Source of the DNA: a virus
Taxonomy: Duplodnaviria; Caudoviricetes
Reading direction: 5' to 3' (one strand)
Length of the DNA stretch: 48,096 nt
IMG/VR virus record: IMGVR_UViG_3300042191_000051
Span: 1 to 48,096 of that record
The notes beneath the pieces are model-generated. The model made no database searches, was not told the DNA's origin, and saw only the letters and a program-made list of their open reading frames with translations. Shown here piece by piece: positions 9,969 to 19,817 of the stretch; position 1 is the stretch's first letter, and each line of letters opens with the position of its first letter. Made by a program: the position numbers and the translations under genes.

Positions 9969-10385
9969 TTACACCAGTGGATCGTTCGGATCGACTTTCT
10001 CTACCTTTGGAGCCGGTTTCGATTCCGCGGGAGCCTTCTTTTTGGGTTCCTTATCCTTTTTGGGCTTTGATTTCGGCGCAGTCTTTTTGGAAATGGAACC
10101 GTTGATAGATTTCTCCAGTTCCTTCAAGCCAGCCTTCCCGCGACCGAAAGCATTTTCAACATGAGATACTTTTGTCGCTTCATCAACGCCGTGCGCGTCC
10201 TGCAGCCTGGCAAATTCAGCGCCAACTTCTGGCAACTCGTCAAGATCCGTTTCACCTTCCTTTGTGAATTCGCATTGTCCGCCGAATTTTTCTTTCAAAA
10301 CTTCGGCTTCCCAGGGCCACACATTTTTTGAAACTGTGGTCATCGGGCCAAGTGTAATCAAACAAGACTGTGTTTTAACTTTCAT
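9969..10385 (-). CDS. Hypothetical head-module protein (138 aa)
   Basis: ORF with GGAG RBS between capsid and adaptor; Lys/Pro-rich tail. Confidence 0.6.
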   Translation of the reverse strand: MKVKTQSCLITLGPMTTVSKNVWPWEAEVLKEKFGGQCEFTKEGETDLDELPEVGAEFARLQDAHGVDEATKVSHVENAFGRGKAGLKELEKSINGSISKKTAPKSKPKKDKEPKKKAPAESKPAPKVEKVDPNDPLV

Positions 10386-10433
10386 TAAAATATCTCCAAG
10401 CGGTTACTGAGGATTTGCATCCTCAGTTTACCA

Positions 10434-10751
10434 CTAATCTCCGGAACGTAAATATGCCGAAAAATTGCCAGCAACCGTACCCGCGGCGGTTGTAACGCTT
10501 GCGCGCATATACTCAGCGCACTTGACGTTTCCAACCGTCATGCCGCCGATTCCGGTGTGTGTCAGAACCGTTGTATATGTAGTGTCATCCGGGCTTGAAT
10601 CGATGGTGATTACAGCATCGGTTCCAGTAGCCGCGTCAACGAGAATGTACGCTTCCACTACACGGCCTGGTAGAAATGGAGTTGCGTCACACGCAACACC
10701 GTCTTGATCCGCCACCGATCCGGCGACTTTACTTGCTAATGATAACAACAT
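10434..10751 (-). CDS. Small virion/capsid decoration protein (105 aa)
   Basis: Probable start ATG 10751 after AGGAG; beta-rich; directly downstream of the capsid gene. Confidence 0.5.
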   Translation of the reverse strand: MLLSLASKVAGSVADQDGVACDATPFLPGRVVEAYILVDAATGTDAVITIDSSPDDTTYTTVLTHTGIGGMTVGNVKCAEYMRASVTTAAGTVAGNFSAYLRSGD

Positions 10752-10794
10752 TACCTTTTGCTCCTGTGTACGGTTAAGGGCTGAAACACACCGC

Positions 10795-11853
10795 CTAGGC
10801 GATGTGTACCAGAGCCATTGCACCCGGACGAGTGATCGTCATTGCACCACGCCAGGTTAAACCCCAGTAATGGGTGTATCGGTCATAAGACCGGGGCGGC
10901 CTGCGTGTAACCATATCTTGACCCTTGGCCGGACGAAGTTTGATAAACCTGGAATTCAGGAAGTAGCAGCGCTTATCCCACTCAACTGTCTCGGAGAGAT
11001 TCGCCTGCAGGTCATCAAATACAGGATCCCACTCAAGCAAAACACCCTTGAAGTAGAGATTTGAAATGCTCGGATCCATGCTGACGCCGCCTTTCGTTAC
11101 GCCACTGGTCTGAATTTGCCGGCTGATTTCAGAATTGGAATCAACACGGTAGGCATCAAGGAACGCTGATCCGCATAAGATTTTATCGGGAGCGAAACCA
11201 CCAACTCGGGTACACGCGCGCCAAACCTGCTCCATCGTGCTGATCAAAAGACCGGAAGTGGACGCAATATCCAGACTGACATTGTTGCGCCAGTATTCAT
11301 TGCCGGCCGTTGCGCGGTTGATACCGCCCACGGTGCCAGTAGTAGGATCGCTTGCGATTAGCGCATCCAGGCCGACAAGTGCATCCGTACTGGATGTTCC
11401 GTCAAGGTGCAGTTCATAGTCAAAGTTCTCGTTAAAACCCTCGAACAGCGTTTCAGTGTTTTCAGTCATCAAATTGATAAACTGATGTTTTTCACTGGTT
11501 GTCGGAGTTGAGGTAGGATCATCGGTAACGGTGATGTAGTTCTGCAGGAGTTCTTCTTCAGTAAGCCCGAAACCATCATGGGCTGAACGCCACTCGAAAT
11601 TGGCTTCTGCCAGGGTGCGCTTGCGGTTGTAGGTTACAAGACCATCCGGCCCGAACCACTGGAAGTTGGAATCATTGGAGATACGCAGCTTTTCATTGAT
11701 GTACTGCTTGGCACCCGGGAATGATTTCTGATTTGCGCGTAACCACTTGAGAAATGGACGCTCGGTGTTGTAAAGGTCTTCCGGCTTTCCCCTGACGATG
11801 TAATCCATCGCGGATTTGCCGGCATAACTGATTTGTTCTGCTGTAAAAGGCAT
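10795..11853 (-). CDS. Major capsid protein (352 aa)
   Basis: Size and position after portal and scaffold; GLDALIASDPTTGTVGGINRAT..YWRN and YFLNSRFIKL motifs. Confidence 0.85.
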   Translation of the reverse strand: MPFTAEQISYAGKSAMDYIVRGKPEDLYNTERPFLKWLRANQKSFPGAKQYINEKLRISNDSNFQWFGPDGLVTYNRKRTLAEANFEWRSAHDGFGLTEEELLQNYITVTDDPTSTPTTSEKHQFINLMTENTETLFEGFNENFDYELHLDGTSSTDALVGLDALIASDPTTGTVGGINRATAGNEYWRNNVSLDIASTSGLLISTMEQVWRACTRVGGFAPDKILCGSAFLDAYRVDSNSEISRQIQTSGVTKGGVSMDPSISNLYFKGVLLEWDPVFDDLQANLSETVEWDKRCYFLNSRFIKLRPAKGQDMVTRRPPRSYDRYTHYWGLTWRGAMTITRPGAMALVHIA

Positions 11854-11996
11854 TGTGCGATCCTCATAATGTGAAAAATATTTCTATCCCACATCGCTTG
11901 GATCGCACGACATCCGAATCTGTGCTATGGGTCGCGACTCCCACATACTGCTTGAGCGATACTCAGACTGAATAATAAGTCAAAACAGTTTTAGAA

Positions 11997-13103
11997 TCAA
12001 CGTCCGCGCGATAATGCCAGATCAACCGCCTCAAGAATGCTTCCAGGCTGCTTCGAGTAATTTCCAGATTTCGTTCCAGCGTTACCTGGACGAATAGAAT
12101 TTGGAGTTACCGGCGGTTTCGGCGGCGCAGGTTTCGGCGCAATCGTAATCAATTTATACGCACCTTCAACCAGTTTCGCCCATGTTGCCGGATCCGCTCC
12201 GGACGTAACCACATTTTCCACAATCTTTTCGATTTGTGGCAATTTGGAATCATACATTGGATCCGCGGCCCGGAGTCTCCTGCCAAGATTCGATAAATCT
12301 GCCGTGCCGGATTCAACCGCCCGTTCTCTTGTCGGCGCCGCCGGAGTCTTCCTGGCAGTCTCAAAATTAACCCGGGCGCGACCGGACGCAATTTCAAGCG
12401 CGTCTACGCGATCAATGTAACCGTCTTCGATCTTCTGCTTTAAATCAGGGTACGCTTCCAGAGGATCATAGCCAGGCGCTTCTTTGCCAAGAGCCTTTGC
12501 CAGTACCTGCAATTCGCCCTGCATGGTCTGATAGGCACGCTCAAGGCTCTCTGGAGTGCCATGATTTATATCTTCCAGATACGCCAGCGATGCACCCAAC
12601 TGATCCGGTGACGCACCGGTACGCTTGATTGTATCCATCCAGGCCATATTCTGACCGGATACCCGCTCCAATTCAGTCGAAACTTCATCGAATCTGGTTT
12701 TCATCTTTGTGAAGCGTTCTTTTGTTGCCGGCTTCGCATCAGCTTCGAGATCGCCAAACTCGTCAGACGGTTTTGCTTTGACTTCAGGTTTAGGTGCAGC
12801 CGGATCACCTTCTTCCTCAGGCGGAACGGGAGTGCCCTTTTCCGGATCACCGGCTGCAATCTCTTCCGGAGTTTTTTCCGGCTCCGTTTTTTCTACTGGT
12901 TTGGCTTCCGCTTCGAGTTCGATTTCAGGTGTCGGCGGAGAATCGTGATCGATCTCTTCCATCTCTGAAACCGTTTCTTCTGGTTCATCCGTTTTAGGTT
13001 CGGGTTCCTTGCCTGACGCTAATAATTCAAGCCCGGCATCAATTGCGCCTATGACGCCTTCATCAAACTTACTGTCTTCTTCCGGATTCATTCCTTTCGA
13101 CAT
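11997..13103 (-). CDS. Capsid scaffolding protein (368 aa)
   Basis: Acidic Pro/Glu-rich N-terminus, ERF-containing coil, short C-terminal helix; between portal and capsid. Confidence 0.7.
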   Translation of the reverse strand: MSKGMNPEEDSKFDEGVIGAIDAGLELLASGKEPEPKTDEPEETVSEMEEIDHDSPPTPEIELEAEAKPVEKTEPEKTPEEIAAGDPEKGTPVPPEEEGDPAAPKPEVKAKPSDEFGDLEADAKPATKERFTKMKTRFDEVSTELERVSGQNMAWMDTIKRTGASPDQLGASLAYLEDINHGTPESLERAYQTMQGELQVLAKALGKEAPGYDPLEAYPDLKQKIEDGYIDRVDALEIASGRARVNFETARKTPAAPTRERAVESGTADLSNLGRRLRAADPMYDSKLPQIEKIVENVVTSGADPATWAKLVEGAYKLITIAPKPAPPKPPVTPNSIRPGNAGTKSGNYSKQPGSILEAVDLALSRGR

Positions 13104-13118
13104 GACTGTTTCTCCCGT

Positions 13119-15245
13119 TTACTGATTGAGTGGATTTGGTGCTTCCGGTGCTGGTAATTGGGCGGCTTGCGGCGGCTGCGGAGGCGGCTGATACTGGCCG
13201 CCAAATAACAGGAAATTCTGCGCTTGCTGCTCTGTGAACATCTGAGGTATGTTCACAATAACATCGGAACGTGCTTTTAACGCTTGTGACTTATCTGATT
13301 CGATCTGAGCCTTTTCAGTTTCAGTTGGTTCAGCCGGCTTTTCAGGTTGTGGTTCCGGCGGAACTGGTAAAAACTTTTCAATTTCGGCTGGGTCATCCAG
13401 TCGCTGCATCGTTTCTTCTAGCAGGGCGATCCACGGCTTCGCGGCCCATTCGGCACCGACTACCCTGGCTTGGCCAATACGATCTATCAGTTTTTCCATC
13501 AGAGGCAGCAATGTGCCCCAAATTTCACGGTCATTATTTGCTTTCGGCTTTCCAGTGGAACCGGCTTTGACTTCAATGTTGAAATTCATCAACGCTTCTT
13601 CGGTTGTCATTACAACCCAGGCAGCATCGGGACCGGCAAATGTCATGGCATCAGCTTGATCCATTAACTGCAATACGAGTTGAGCGGTGTATTCAGACAG
13701 TTCCGTTAAAGCATCCTCGAGAGTATCCCTTCTTGCCCCGCTACGTGCCCCAAATCCAGCCTCCTGGATCTTGGCTTCAGTGGCGGTCTTCTCGATCTGT
13801 ACGGACGATTGCAGGGCATCCTGGGCGCCTGAAACCTTTTCCATTTCTGCTGTGATGACGGACGTATCATACAGCGCCATGTCAATCTGGTTATAAAGTT
13901 TTGGAGCGAAAATGGTACGCATATCGCGCCCGGGTTCAATGAGATCAATTCCAAGGTATTCCTGGACTTGGGCGGCAACAAGTTTTTTTATAGATTCTGG
14001 ACTAACAGCGCCTTCATCAAAAACAATACCGGGCACAGCCCTTCTTCTATGCTCGGCATAATTGGAACGGGTACGGCCATATTCATCCTGCAACCGCTTC
14101 AGTTGAAAAACATCGGATTGCGGAAACCTCTCTCCATCGATTTCATGGCAGGGTAAATAAAACAGCGGATACCAGCGTTTACCGGTAATTGGCGCGTAAC
14201 ACTCACGCGCCCAACGATCATGGATACCATCAATCAGCGTATGAACAACACCATCGCGCTTTGACCAGATTTCAGTGAACCGGATAAAACCATCTTCAGT
14301 TTCATCCTTTTCATTCATTCTTTCCCACTTCGCACCTTTACTTGAACTTCCGCCCTTATTTTTGTCAGATCCATCCCGCGGTCGCTGCATATAAATGTTT
14401 GCGGATTTCAGGTTTTCTTTGTCCTCGTCCTGATTCCATCCGGTGATTTCATAGGCTTCATCGACCGTTTTATACATATCAAAAGCGATCCACGGCGCAG
14501 CCAGGTAGTTTTCTATTTCGCCACAATCAGGCGCAACGATCACGTCTTCCGGCGCGAAAACATCCAGTACCATGCCTTCGGCAATCATCAATTCACGCTG
14601 AGACTGAAGGGCCAGAATATTCGCATCAATATCGGCCATATCCGAATCGTAGTCCTCGCCGGACTGCTCCGCGCCTTCGTGCTTCGCCATTAGCGCATCG
14701 ATACGGTGCTTCTGCTGCATGAGATCATTGAGTTGTTCTAAGACTAAAGTATTAGGCTCCTTCCTGGTCTGCATGGCGGCTTTCATCCAGCCAACGCCGA
14801 CCGTCATCGATCCCAACACCCATTTCTTAGCATTGCGCTTTAGCCTGGCGTCCTTGAGCAATCTGGAAACCATGATTTCCAGCGTTTGGGCAACAGCGCG
14901 ATATTCCTTTATCAGTTTCCGATTAACTGATTTTGACGGCCTGGACATAATATCCGGGTCTTTTGCATACAGAAATGACGACAGAACCTCCATGATCGAA
15001 CCGATCAGATTGGTATCGACCAGCCATTCAGTCTCCCCGCGCGCCATGCGACGGTCATCGGCCCAACGATCCCGGAAATGACTATCATGGTTGCGCCCAA
15101 ATTCAACGCGCTTATGCCAGCGGTCAATGGAAGTAAGACGTTCGCGCTCTTTCTTTTCTTCTTCTGATTTAGCCTTTTCGGCTTCAGCCTCTTGCGTGAG
15201 TGCATCTTCGATGGGATTTTCGTTGTATTCCATTTTCATTTCCAT
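13119..15245 (-). CDS. Portal protein (~708 aa)
   Basis: Large helical protein with LKRLQDEYGRTRS and KTATEAKIQ motifs and Pro/Gln-rich C-terminus. Start likely 15245 or 15239 after the endolysin stop, not 15314. Confidence 0.85.
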   Translation of the reverse strand: MEMKMEYNENPIEDALTQEAEAEKAKSEEEKKERERLTSIDRWHKRVEFGRNHDSHFRDRWADDRRMARGETEWLVDTNLIGSIMEVLSSFLYAKDPDIMSRPSKSVNRKLIKEYRAVAQTLEIMVSRLLKDARLKRNAKKWVLGSMTVGVGWMKAAMQTRKEPNTLVLEQLNDLMQQKHRIDALMAKHEGAEQSGEDYDSDMADIDANILALQSQRELMIAEGMVLDVFAPEDVIVAPDCGEIENYLAAPWIAFDMYKTVDEAYEITGWNQDEDKENLKSANIYMQRPRDGSDKNKGGSSSKGAKWERMNEKDETEDGFIRFTEIWSKRDGVVHTLIDGIHDRWARECYAPITGKRWYPLFYLPCHEIDGERFPQSDVFQLKRLQDEYGRTRSNYAEHRRRAVPGIVFDEGAVSPESIKKLVAAQVQEYLGIDLIEPGRDMRTIFAPKLYNQIDMALYDTSVITAEMEKVSGAQDALQSSVQIEKTATEAKIQEAGFGARSGARRDTLEDALTELSEYTAQLVLQLMDQADAMTFAGPDAAWVVMTTEEALMNFNIEVKAGSTGKPKANNDREIWGTLLPLMEKLIDRIGQARVVGAEWAAKPWIALLEETMQRLDDPAEIEKFLPVPPEPQPEKPAEPTETEKAQIESDKSQALKARSDVIVNIPQMFTEQQAQNFLLFGGQYQPPPQPPQAAQLPAPEAPNPLNQ

Positions 15246-15250
15246 GTTCC

Positions 15251-15652
15251 TTATGGTTTGGTTCTGACAAACGTATGGTTGCCGATAACCTTGCCTTTCA
15301 AACCTTTTGCCCATTCGGGAGAAACCGTTTTATGGGCGAAATATGAATCCGCTCCATCGGTAGGATCATTGTCAAATCCTTCCAATGCCGCTCTCATGCA
15401 CTCTCTGAAAATATCAAAATCCAGATCCCATTCGCCAATTTTATTTCGGCGCGGATTGTTATCATTCCAGCATGAGAATTGCTTGGCAGTCAGACATACG
15501 TCTTTTGCCGTTGTGCCCCACCATGTAGGACGCTCAGTACGATTCCAGATAATAGCAGCAACGGCAACCTTCCCTTCATACGACTCGCCTTCTGCTTCCG
15601 CCATAATGGTTCGAGCAATAAAATCCAAGTCTGTGACGGTCAGCATTTTCAT
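15251..15652 (-). CDS. Endolysin, SleB/Hydrolase_2 cell wall hydrolase
   Basis: ARTIMAEAEGE, VAVAAIIWNR, QFSCWN, GADSYF and IGNHTF motifs. Confidence 0.9.
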   Translation of the reverse strand: MKMLTVTDLDFIARTIMAEAEGESYEGKVAVAAIIWNRTERPTWWGTTAKDVCLTAKQFSCWNDNNPRRNKIGEWDLDFDIFRECMRAALEGFDNDPTDGADSYFAHKTVSPEWAKGLKGKVIGNHTFVRTKP

Positions 15653-15915
15653 TACTGTTTATCAGACGGTGTTACAAGCTGTCCGTTAAGAATAGCATTC
15701 AACAGCATGTCAGACCCAGTTGGAGCATCGTTAGTTGATTTTCCAAGGTCAATTGTGTTGTTACCAACCTTGGCATGAACATCCGTCATTTCACTTCTGC
15801 CAAGCACTGTATAACTGACATCCCATGTTGCACCGTCAATATTCGTATGCACAGACCAATGTTTACAACCAGTAACAAGTAAAAGAATGGCAACACTTAG
15901 TAATAACTTTTTCAT
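15652..15915 (-). CDS. Lipoprotein, possible spanin component
   Basis: Signal peptide with lipobox LVTG-C; adjacent to the endolysin. Confidence 0.6.
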   Translation of the reverse strand: MKKLLLSVAILLLVTGCKHWSVHTNIDGATWDVSYTVLGRSEMTDVHAKVGNNTIDLGKSTNDAPTGSDMLLNAILNGQLVTPSDKQ

Positions 15916-16442
15916 TTCGCCTCCAAAATCGGTTTGTTGTCACCCTTGCCTCTGGCGCCATAGCGCACCGCTTTATGCCACAGCAAACCACGCCACCGCC
16001 AGAAGTGGCGCTCATTCAGCAAATAGCGGAAAAAATCATCAATGTGTAGCCGTGCGTCCGGTACGTCCATCATCAAGCCAGCGCGTTCCATCTGACAAAG
16101 CGCGTCGTGTACGAGGCTCGGAACCTTGCTTTTCTTGCCCTGAATGAGGTTTGCAAACCGATGGAAAAACGGCACAGAGGCGTAGTCCCAGGCGTAATCG
16201 CCGCGGATGATCAGCCGACCAGTAGTGTCAAGGGTCAGATAGCGCGTAGTGATCTTGCTCATTGGCCACAATTCACGCGGCAGTTGGAAATGAGCGTCGT
16301 CTTCAAGCTGACCTGAGTAACCGTCGCGGTATCTTATCGGCGCGTTCAATAAGCCGATTTTAAGTTCACCGGGCTTTTCATCCTCGATGTCGAGAATATT
16401 TTCTACGGCCTCTTTTATATCCATTAGGAAAACTCCTGCCAC
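15912..16442 (-). CDS. DUF1353-like protein
   Basis: WDYASVP and LVHDALCQ motifs with C-terminal AVRYG. Confidence 0.7.
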   Translation of the reverse strand: MAGVFLMDIKEAVENILDIEDEKPGELKIGLLNAPIRYRDGYSGQLEDDAHFQLPRELWPMSKITTRYLTLDTTGRLIIRGDYAWDYASVPFFHRFANLIQGKKSKVPSLVHDALCQMERAGLMMDVPDARLHIDDFFRYLLNERHFWRWRGLLWHKAVRYGARGKGDNKPILEAK

Positions 16443-16693
16443 TCACCGCAACTCGGGCACACTAAACCATCATCGGTACAGTAAAACAGGTCGTTACCGC
16501 AACCGCACTCCCAATGGTGTTCAGGCTCGAAATGATAGTAGAACCTGCCGCGCTCCAAGGAGCACTCAGGGCACTCAAGCCACGTTGCTTCAACAGGCGC
16601 AACCGCTATCCACGTATGCTTGCATGACAGGCATTTAGCTTCACCTGATATGTGCCTATCTGGAACCGCCGATTTGAATTGAACAACGCTCAT
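16424..16693 (-). CDS. Small Cys-rich zinc-binding protein
   Basis: CLSC, CPEC, CGCG and CPSC motifs; probable start ATG 16693. Confidence 0.6.
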   Translation of the reverse strand: MSVVQFKSAVPDRHISGEAKCLSCKHTWIAVAPVEATWLECPECSLERGRFYYHFEPEHHWECGCGNDLFYCTDDGLVCPSCGEWQEFS

Positions 16694-16697
16694 TGCA

Positions 16698-17003
16698 TCA
16701 GCACTGCCTGAACTCTCCATCGGTCAGGTAGCCATGCCAGCGGCAGGGCAGCCCGGTGTTGAATATCGACGGTTTCAGTGTTGGCTTGTCCTTGTCGCCG
16801 TTCCATTTCCACGATGGACTGGGATGACCAGGCGTTATGTTGACGTAACACTCGTGTCCGCATCCACATGGGCAAATGAACTCAATCCCGCATGGTTCGC
16901 CCTGTGACGATACAACAAACGCATAGGCACCCGCTGAACTCCCTGCCTCTCTGATTTCGTCCCGGTTCAGATACCGGACTGCCTTTACATTTTTCGTATC
17001 CAT
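16698..17003 (-). CDS. DUF6527-like protein
   Basis: CPCGCG...WKWNGD..KPTLKPSI...CRWHGYLTDG pattern. Confidence 0.65.
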   Translation of the reverse strand: MDTKNVKAVRYLNRDEIREAGSSAGAYAFVVSSQGEPCGIEFICPCGCGHECYVNITPGHPSPSWKWNGDKDKPTLKPSIFNTGLPCRWHGYLTDGEFRQC

Positions 17004-17344
17004 CAGTTATCCATTAACCCAAACAAACTCAAAATCAATCCGAGCACGCTTAAAATTACAATAACAACCATCCACAACATCGCGCTTTTACCGCTTACGA
17101 ATCCCTCGGCATGTTCCAGTTTGCCAAGCCTTTGTTCAACCGCATCCAGTGCCACAAGTGTAGCGAACGTTTTCTGCAATGCGTCCATTTGCGCCTTGAC
17201 CTCGTTCATGGACTCAAGCCGCAAGGTCAGCGCACTATCAGCCTTATCTATCGCCCGTTGTGTTGCGACAAATTGCGCCTCGCGTAATTCGCGCTCGCGG
17301 TTGACCAACAGATCAACATACGAACGTGTAACCTCGTCAGTCAC
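17003..17344 (-). CDS. Coiled-coil protein with C-terminal transmembrane helix (holin/spanin-like)
   Basis: Hydrophobic AMLWMVVIVILSVLGLILSLFGL segment; in the lysis region. Confidence 0.45.
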   Translation of the reverse strand: MTDEVTRSYVDLLVNRERELREAQFVATQRAIDKADSALTLRLESMNEVKAQMDALQKTFATLVALDAVEQRLGKLEHAEGFVSGKSAMLWMVVIVILSVLGLILSLFGLMDN

Positions 17345-17783
17345 AGACCCCGTTCTCCGAAATGATGCAGTTCATTTTCAGATCAAGGTCATTCTGTAAT
17401 GCTTTTAGTTTACGCAATCGCGCCTCAGATACCGCGTTTTTCCCGTTCAAATCCATAAACTGTTGAACGGCAAATATCTCTGAATCATTGGCCGATATCT
17501 CACGCTTGACGCTTTCCAGCCGTTCACGCCGCATGTGCAACCACATGCTCGTGTTGGTTTCCTTAACCTCTTCTGTCAGCGCATCAATTGATCCGGACAG
17601 CCCGTCATGCACCCTCACATGGTTCAGTGGTATTAACGAATTGGCATCAGCGCGGGTAATAAATGTCGCATTCATCCATGAAAGCGTTGTGACTGTCGCC
17701 ACTACAATTCCCACTACCCAGCCCCAGAATTTCCCATCCTGAAGTACATCAGTCATACGCTTTGTTACCCCTGTAATCGTCAT
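17337..17783 (-). CDS. Membrane-anchored coiled-coil protein (lysis region)
   Basis: N-terminal TM FWGWVVGIVVATVTTLSW followed by a coil; start may be the second Met. Confidence 0.45.
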   Translation of the reverse strand: MTITGVTKRMTDVLQDGKFWGWVVGIVVATVTTLSWMNATFITRADANSLIPLNHVRVHDGLSGSIDALTEEVKETNTSMWLHMRRERLESVKREISANDSEIFAVQQFMDLNGKNAVSEARLRKLKALQNDLDLKMNCIISENGVCD

Positions 17784-17928
17784 CGTTTAAGCCCTGCGAC
17801 AGGTTAAAAACAGTATATCAAGCCGTCTCGTGCCGCTTTAAATATGGATGTTTCGCAAAAGCCTGCGGTTTTAAATCCGGCTCGACACGTCCCGAGACGG
17901 CCCGATAATGGCGCACAAATGGCGCACG

Positions 17929-18720
17929 TTACGGTGTCGCCCACTTGTTCTTCAGCCACGCTTCTATAGCCTGTATCCACGCAGCAGATAGCGTTCCGTC
18001 AACCACAATCAAGTCGCCGAGATCGCCAAACAGATAGGTCTGGTTGCTGAGTTGGTTAAATATGCGCGTGTAATCGTTTGTTGTTAATCCGGCACCGTCA
18101 ATTGCTTCAGTCGTTCCAGCGGTTCCGTCGAGTCGGCTTGTTATCGTGTCGTTGGTAATAATTACGGAAAACTGGTGAAACGTTGCTGCACCAATGTCGG
18201 CAGGCAAATCCGCCAAATTATCGCCAGTTGCGTTCGTATAAAGTCCGCAGCGCTTTTGGACAGATCGGCTATCCACAAAGGCAACGATGCGGTCAGCCGA
18301 TGTATTTGAATTGCAAAATACAGCGCCAACACTTTCATCGCTAGTAACTGCTGCGACGTAAAATATAGCGACTTCTCTATCCTGGCTCAGAACGCTTGAC
18401 GTTGAATACAGGTAATCATCGTTCGCGGCACCTATTGCGCGCACAATCGATAGCCCATTCTGAATATTCGTTCTGTATGTTGGCTCAAAATTGCTGTCGG
18501 GCTGATTCATGTGATTGGCATTGCCGGATTTGTCTTGCCAGCATCCCAGCGTCTGCCCGTCGGCAGTAACAACACCACCCCCCGGACCAAACGGCTGATA
18601 TCCTGCAATTTGAAAGATTGACGAAACGTCCGAACCGTCCAGCCACAAAACCACGCCGGGAATATCTGACGGATCGGTCATGCTAACGCCGCTTGCATAA
18701 CGGTAAGGGTCGATTATCAT
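17929..18720 (-). CDS. Tail fibre distal / receptor-binding protein, LamG/ConA-like
   Basis: LWLDGSD...WQDKSGNANH and GDLGDLIVVD...IEAWLKNKW pattern; coupled to the fibre gene. Confidence 0.65.
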   Translation of the reverse strand: MIIDPYRYASGVSMTDPSDIPGVVLWLDGSDVSSIFQIAGYQPFGPGGGVVTADGQTLGCWQDKSGNANHMNQPDSNFEPTYRTNIQNGLSIVRAIGAANDDYLYSTSSVLSQDREVAIFYVAAVTSDESVGAVFCNSNTSADRIVAFVDSRSVQKRCGLYTNATGDNLADLPADIGAATFHQFSVIITNDTITSRLDGTAGTTEAIDGAGLTTNDYTRIFNQLSNQTYLFGDLGDLIVVDGTLSAAWIQAIEAWLKNKWATP

Positions 18721-19817
18721 GTTTGCTTGCCGATCAGATAGACCTTCAACCCCGCGCCTGCAATCGTGCTGCCGACCGTGTCGATGTCGATGGTTATTTC
18801 AGCATCGTCAGCCAATGCCGTATCCGATATAACCGCTGCCGTCGCTGCCGTGGTACTGGTCTTTTCGGTTGCGTCTATGGTCAGTTTGGTGCTGAGAATC
18901 GTCGTGCCGCCCTCGTTTATGTCAACCGTCAAGGCAGCGCCCGTGGGCGCGGTTGTGACGCTTATCCGTACCGCTGTCAGGGTAAAGGCGTAGGGCATCC
19001 TGAAGGTGGCTTTAGCCGTTCCGGTGGTTAGTGCTGTGGTTTCATCGCTACAGGCGATTGCAATACACTCTATCTGTTTCGGGATTGCCTGCCAACTGCT
19101 GGTGCCGTCTCCGTCTTCACGCAGGAACTTTGAGCCACCGGCTTCACCCGTAGACAGAACCGCTGCACCTTCATGCGTATGTGCCGCAGTCGCAAACGCA
19201 GCCGGATCAATATTTTTATTAACAATCGTCCAATCGGCCTCGACCGTCGCTGTGTCAATTTCCGCAATCAGGACATCACCGACTTCAACCGCCACCGTGA
19301 AAAACGTACCTGCCACCGTGACCGTATACATATCCCCTTTCGAAACCCCAGACGGTGCCGTGTCCAGATCAGGCGTGTTCGTGGACGCATCATACGCGCC
19401 AATATATTGAACGCCGCCAGCAACCGTCGCATCCACATACGCCTTCACCGACTGCTGTGTGGGTACGTGAACAGCCGAATCCGACGCCATGTTATCTTCG
19501 TCGATCAGATCAGCGCCATCGACCTTATCCGCGTTCAAATTACTAACAACCACCGCGCTCGCCACGGTAAACGGCGATAACGTGACTTCATCCGAGTGAA
19601 ATCTCAGGCCGGTTATCTCGAACGCACCAATATCCCAATTCGCTGCGAGCGGAATCGTACCATCGGCCTTCAGATCACCCGTACCATCTGCGATACTCCG
19701 CACCACTCCGGCAGAATCGATCCAGTACAAAACATTCGCAACACCATAAAATTCCATGTATCCGGAGGGCGGCGCCGCCGGATCTGCTGCTTCATTTTTA
19801 AACCGTAATCTGCTCAT
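18717..19817 (-). CDS. Tail fibre protein (366 aa)
   Basis: NLNADKVDG, VPTQQSVKAYVD, YIGAYDAS and KFLREDGDG fibre motifs. Confidence 0.7.
   Translation of the reverse strand: MSRLRFKNEAADPAAPPSGYMEFYGVANVLYWIDSAGVVRSIADGTGDLKADGTIPLAANWDIGAFEITGLRFHSDEVTLSPFTVASAVVVSNLNADKVDGADLIDEDNMASDSAVHVPTQQSVKAYVDATVAGGVQYIGAYDASTNTPDLDTAPSGVSKGDMYTVTVAGTFFTVAVEVGDVLIAEIDTATVEADWTIVNKNIDPAAFATAAHTHEGAAVLSTGEAGGSKFLREDGDGTSSWQAIPKQIECIAIACSDETTALTTGTAKATFRMPYAFTLTAVRISVTTAPTGAALTVDINEGGTTILSTKLTIDATEKTSTTAATAAVISDTALADDAEITIDIDTVGSTIAGAGLKVYLIGKQT

Noticed and set aside
15246-15314. Track start of the portal (also the long starts at 2552, 10823, 35824, 40020 and 42396)
   Set aside because: Most overlap upstream genes or a promoter; downstream ATGs with an RBS or stop-start coupling fit better.
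17929-19817. Diversity-generating retroelement acting on tail fibres
   Set aside because: No reverse transcriptase and no template/variable repeat pair seen.
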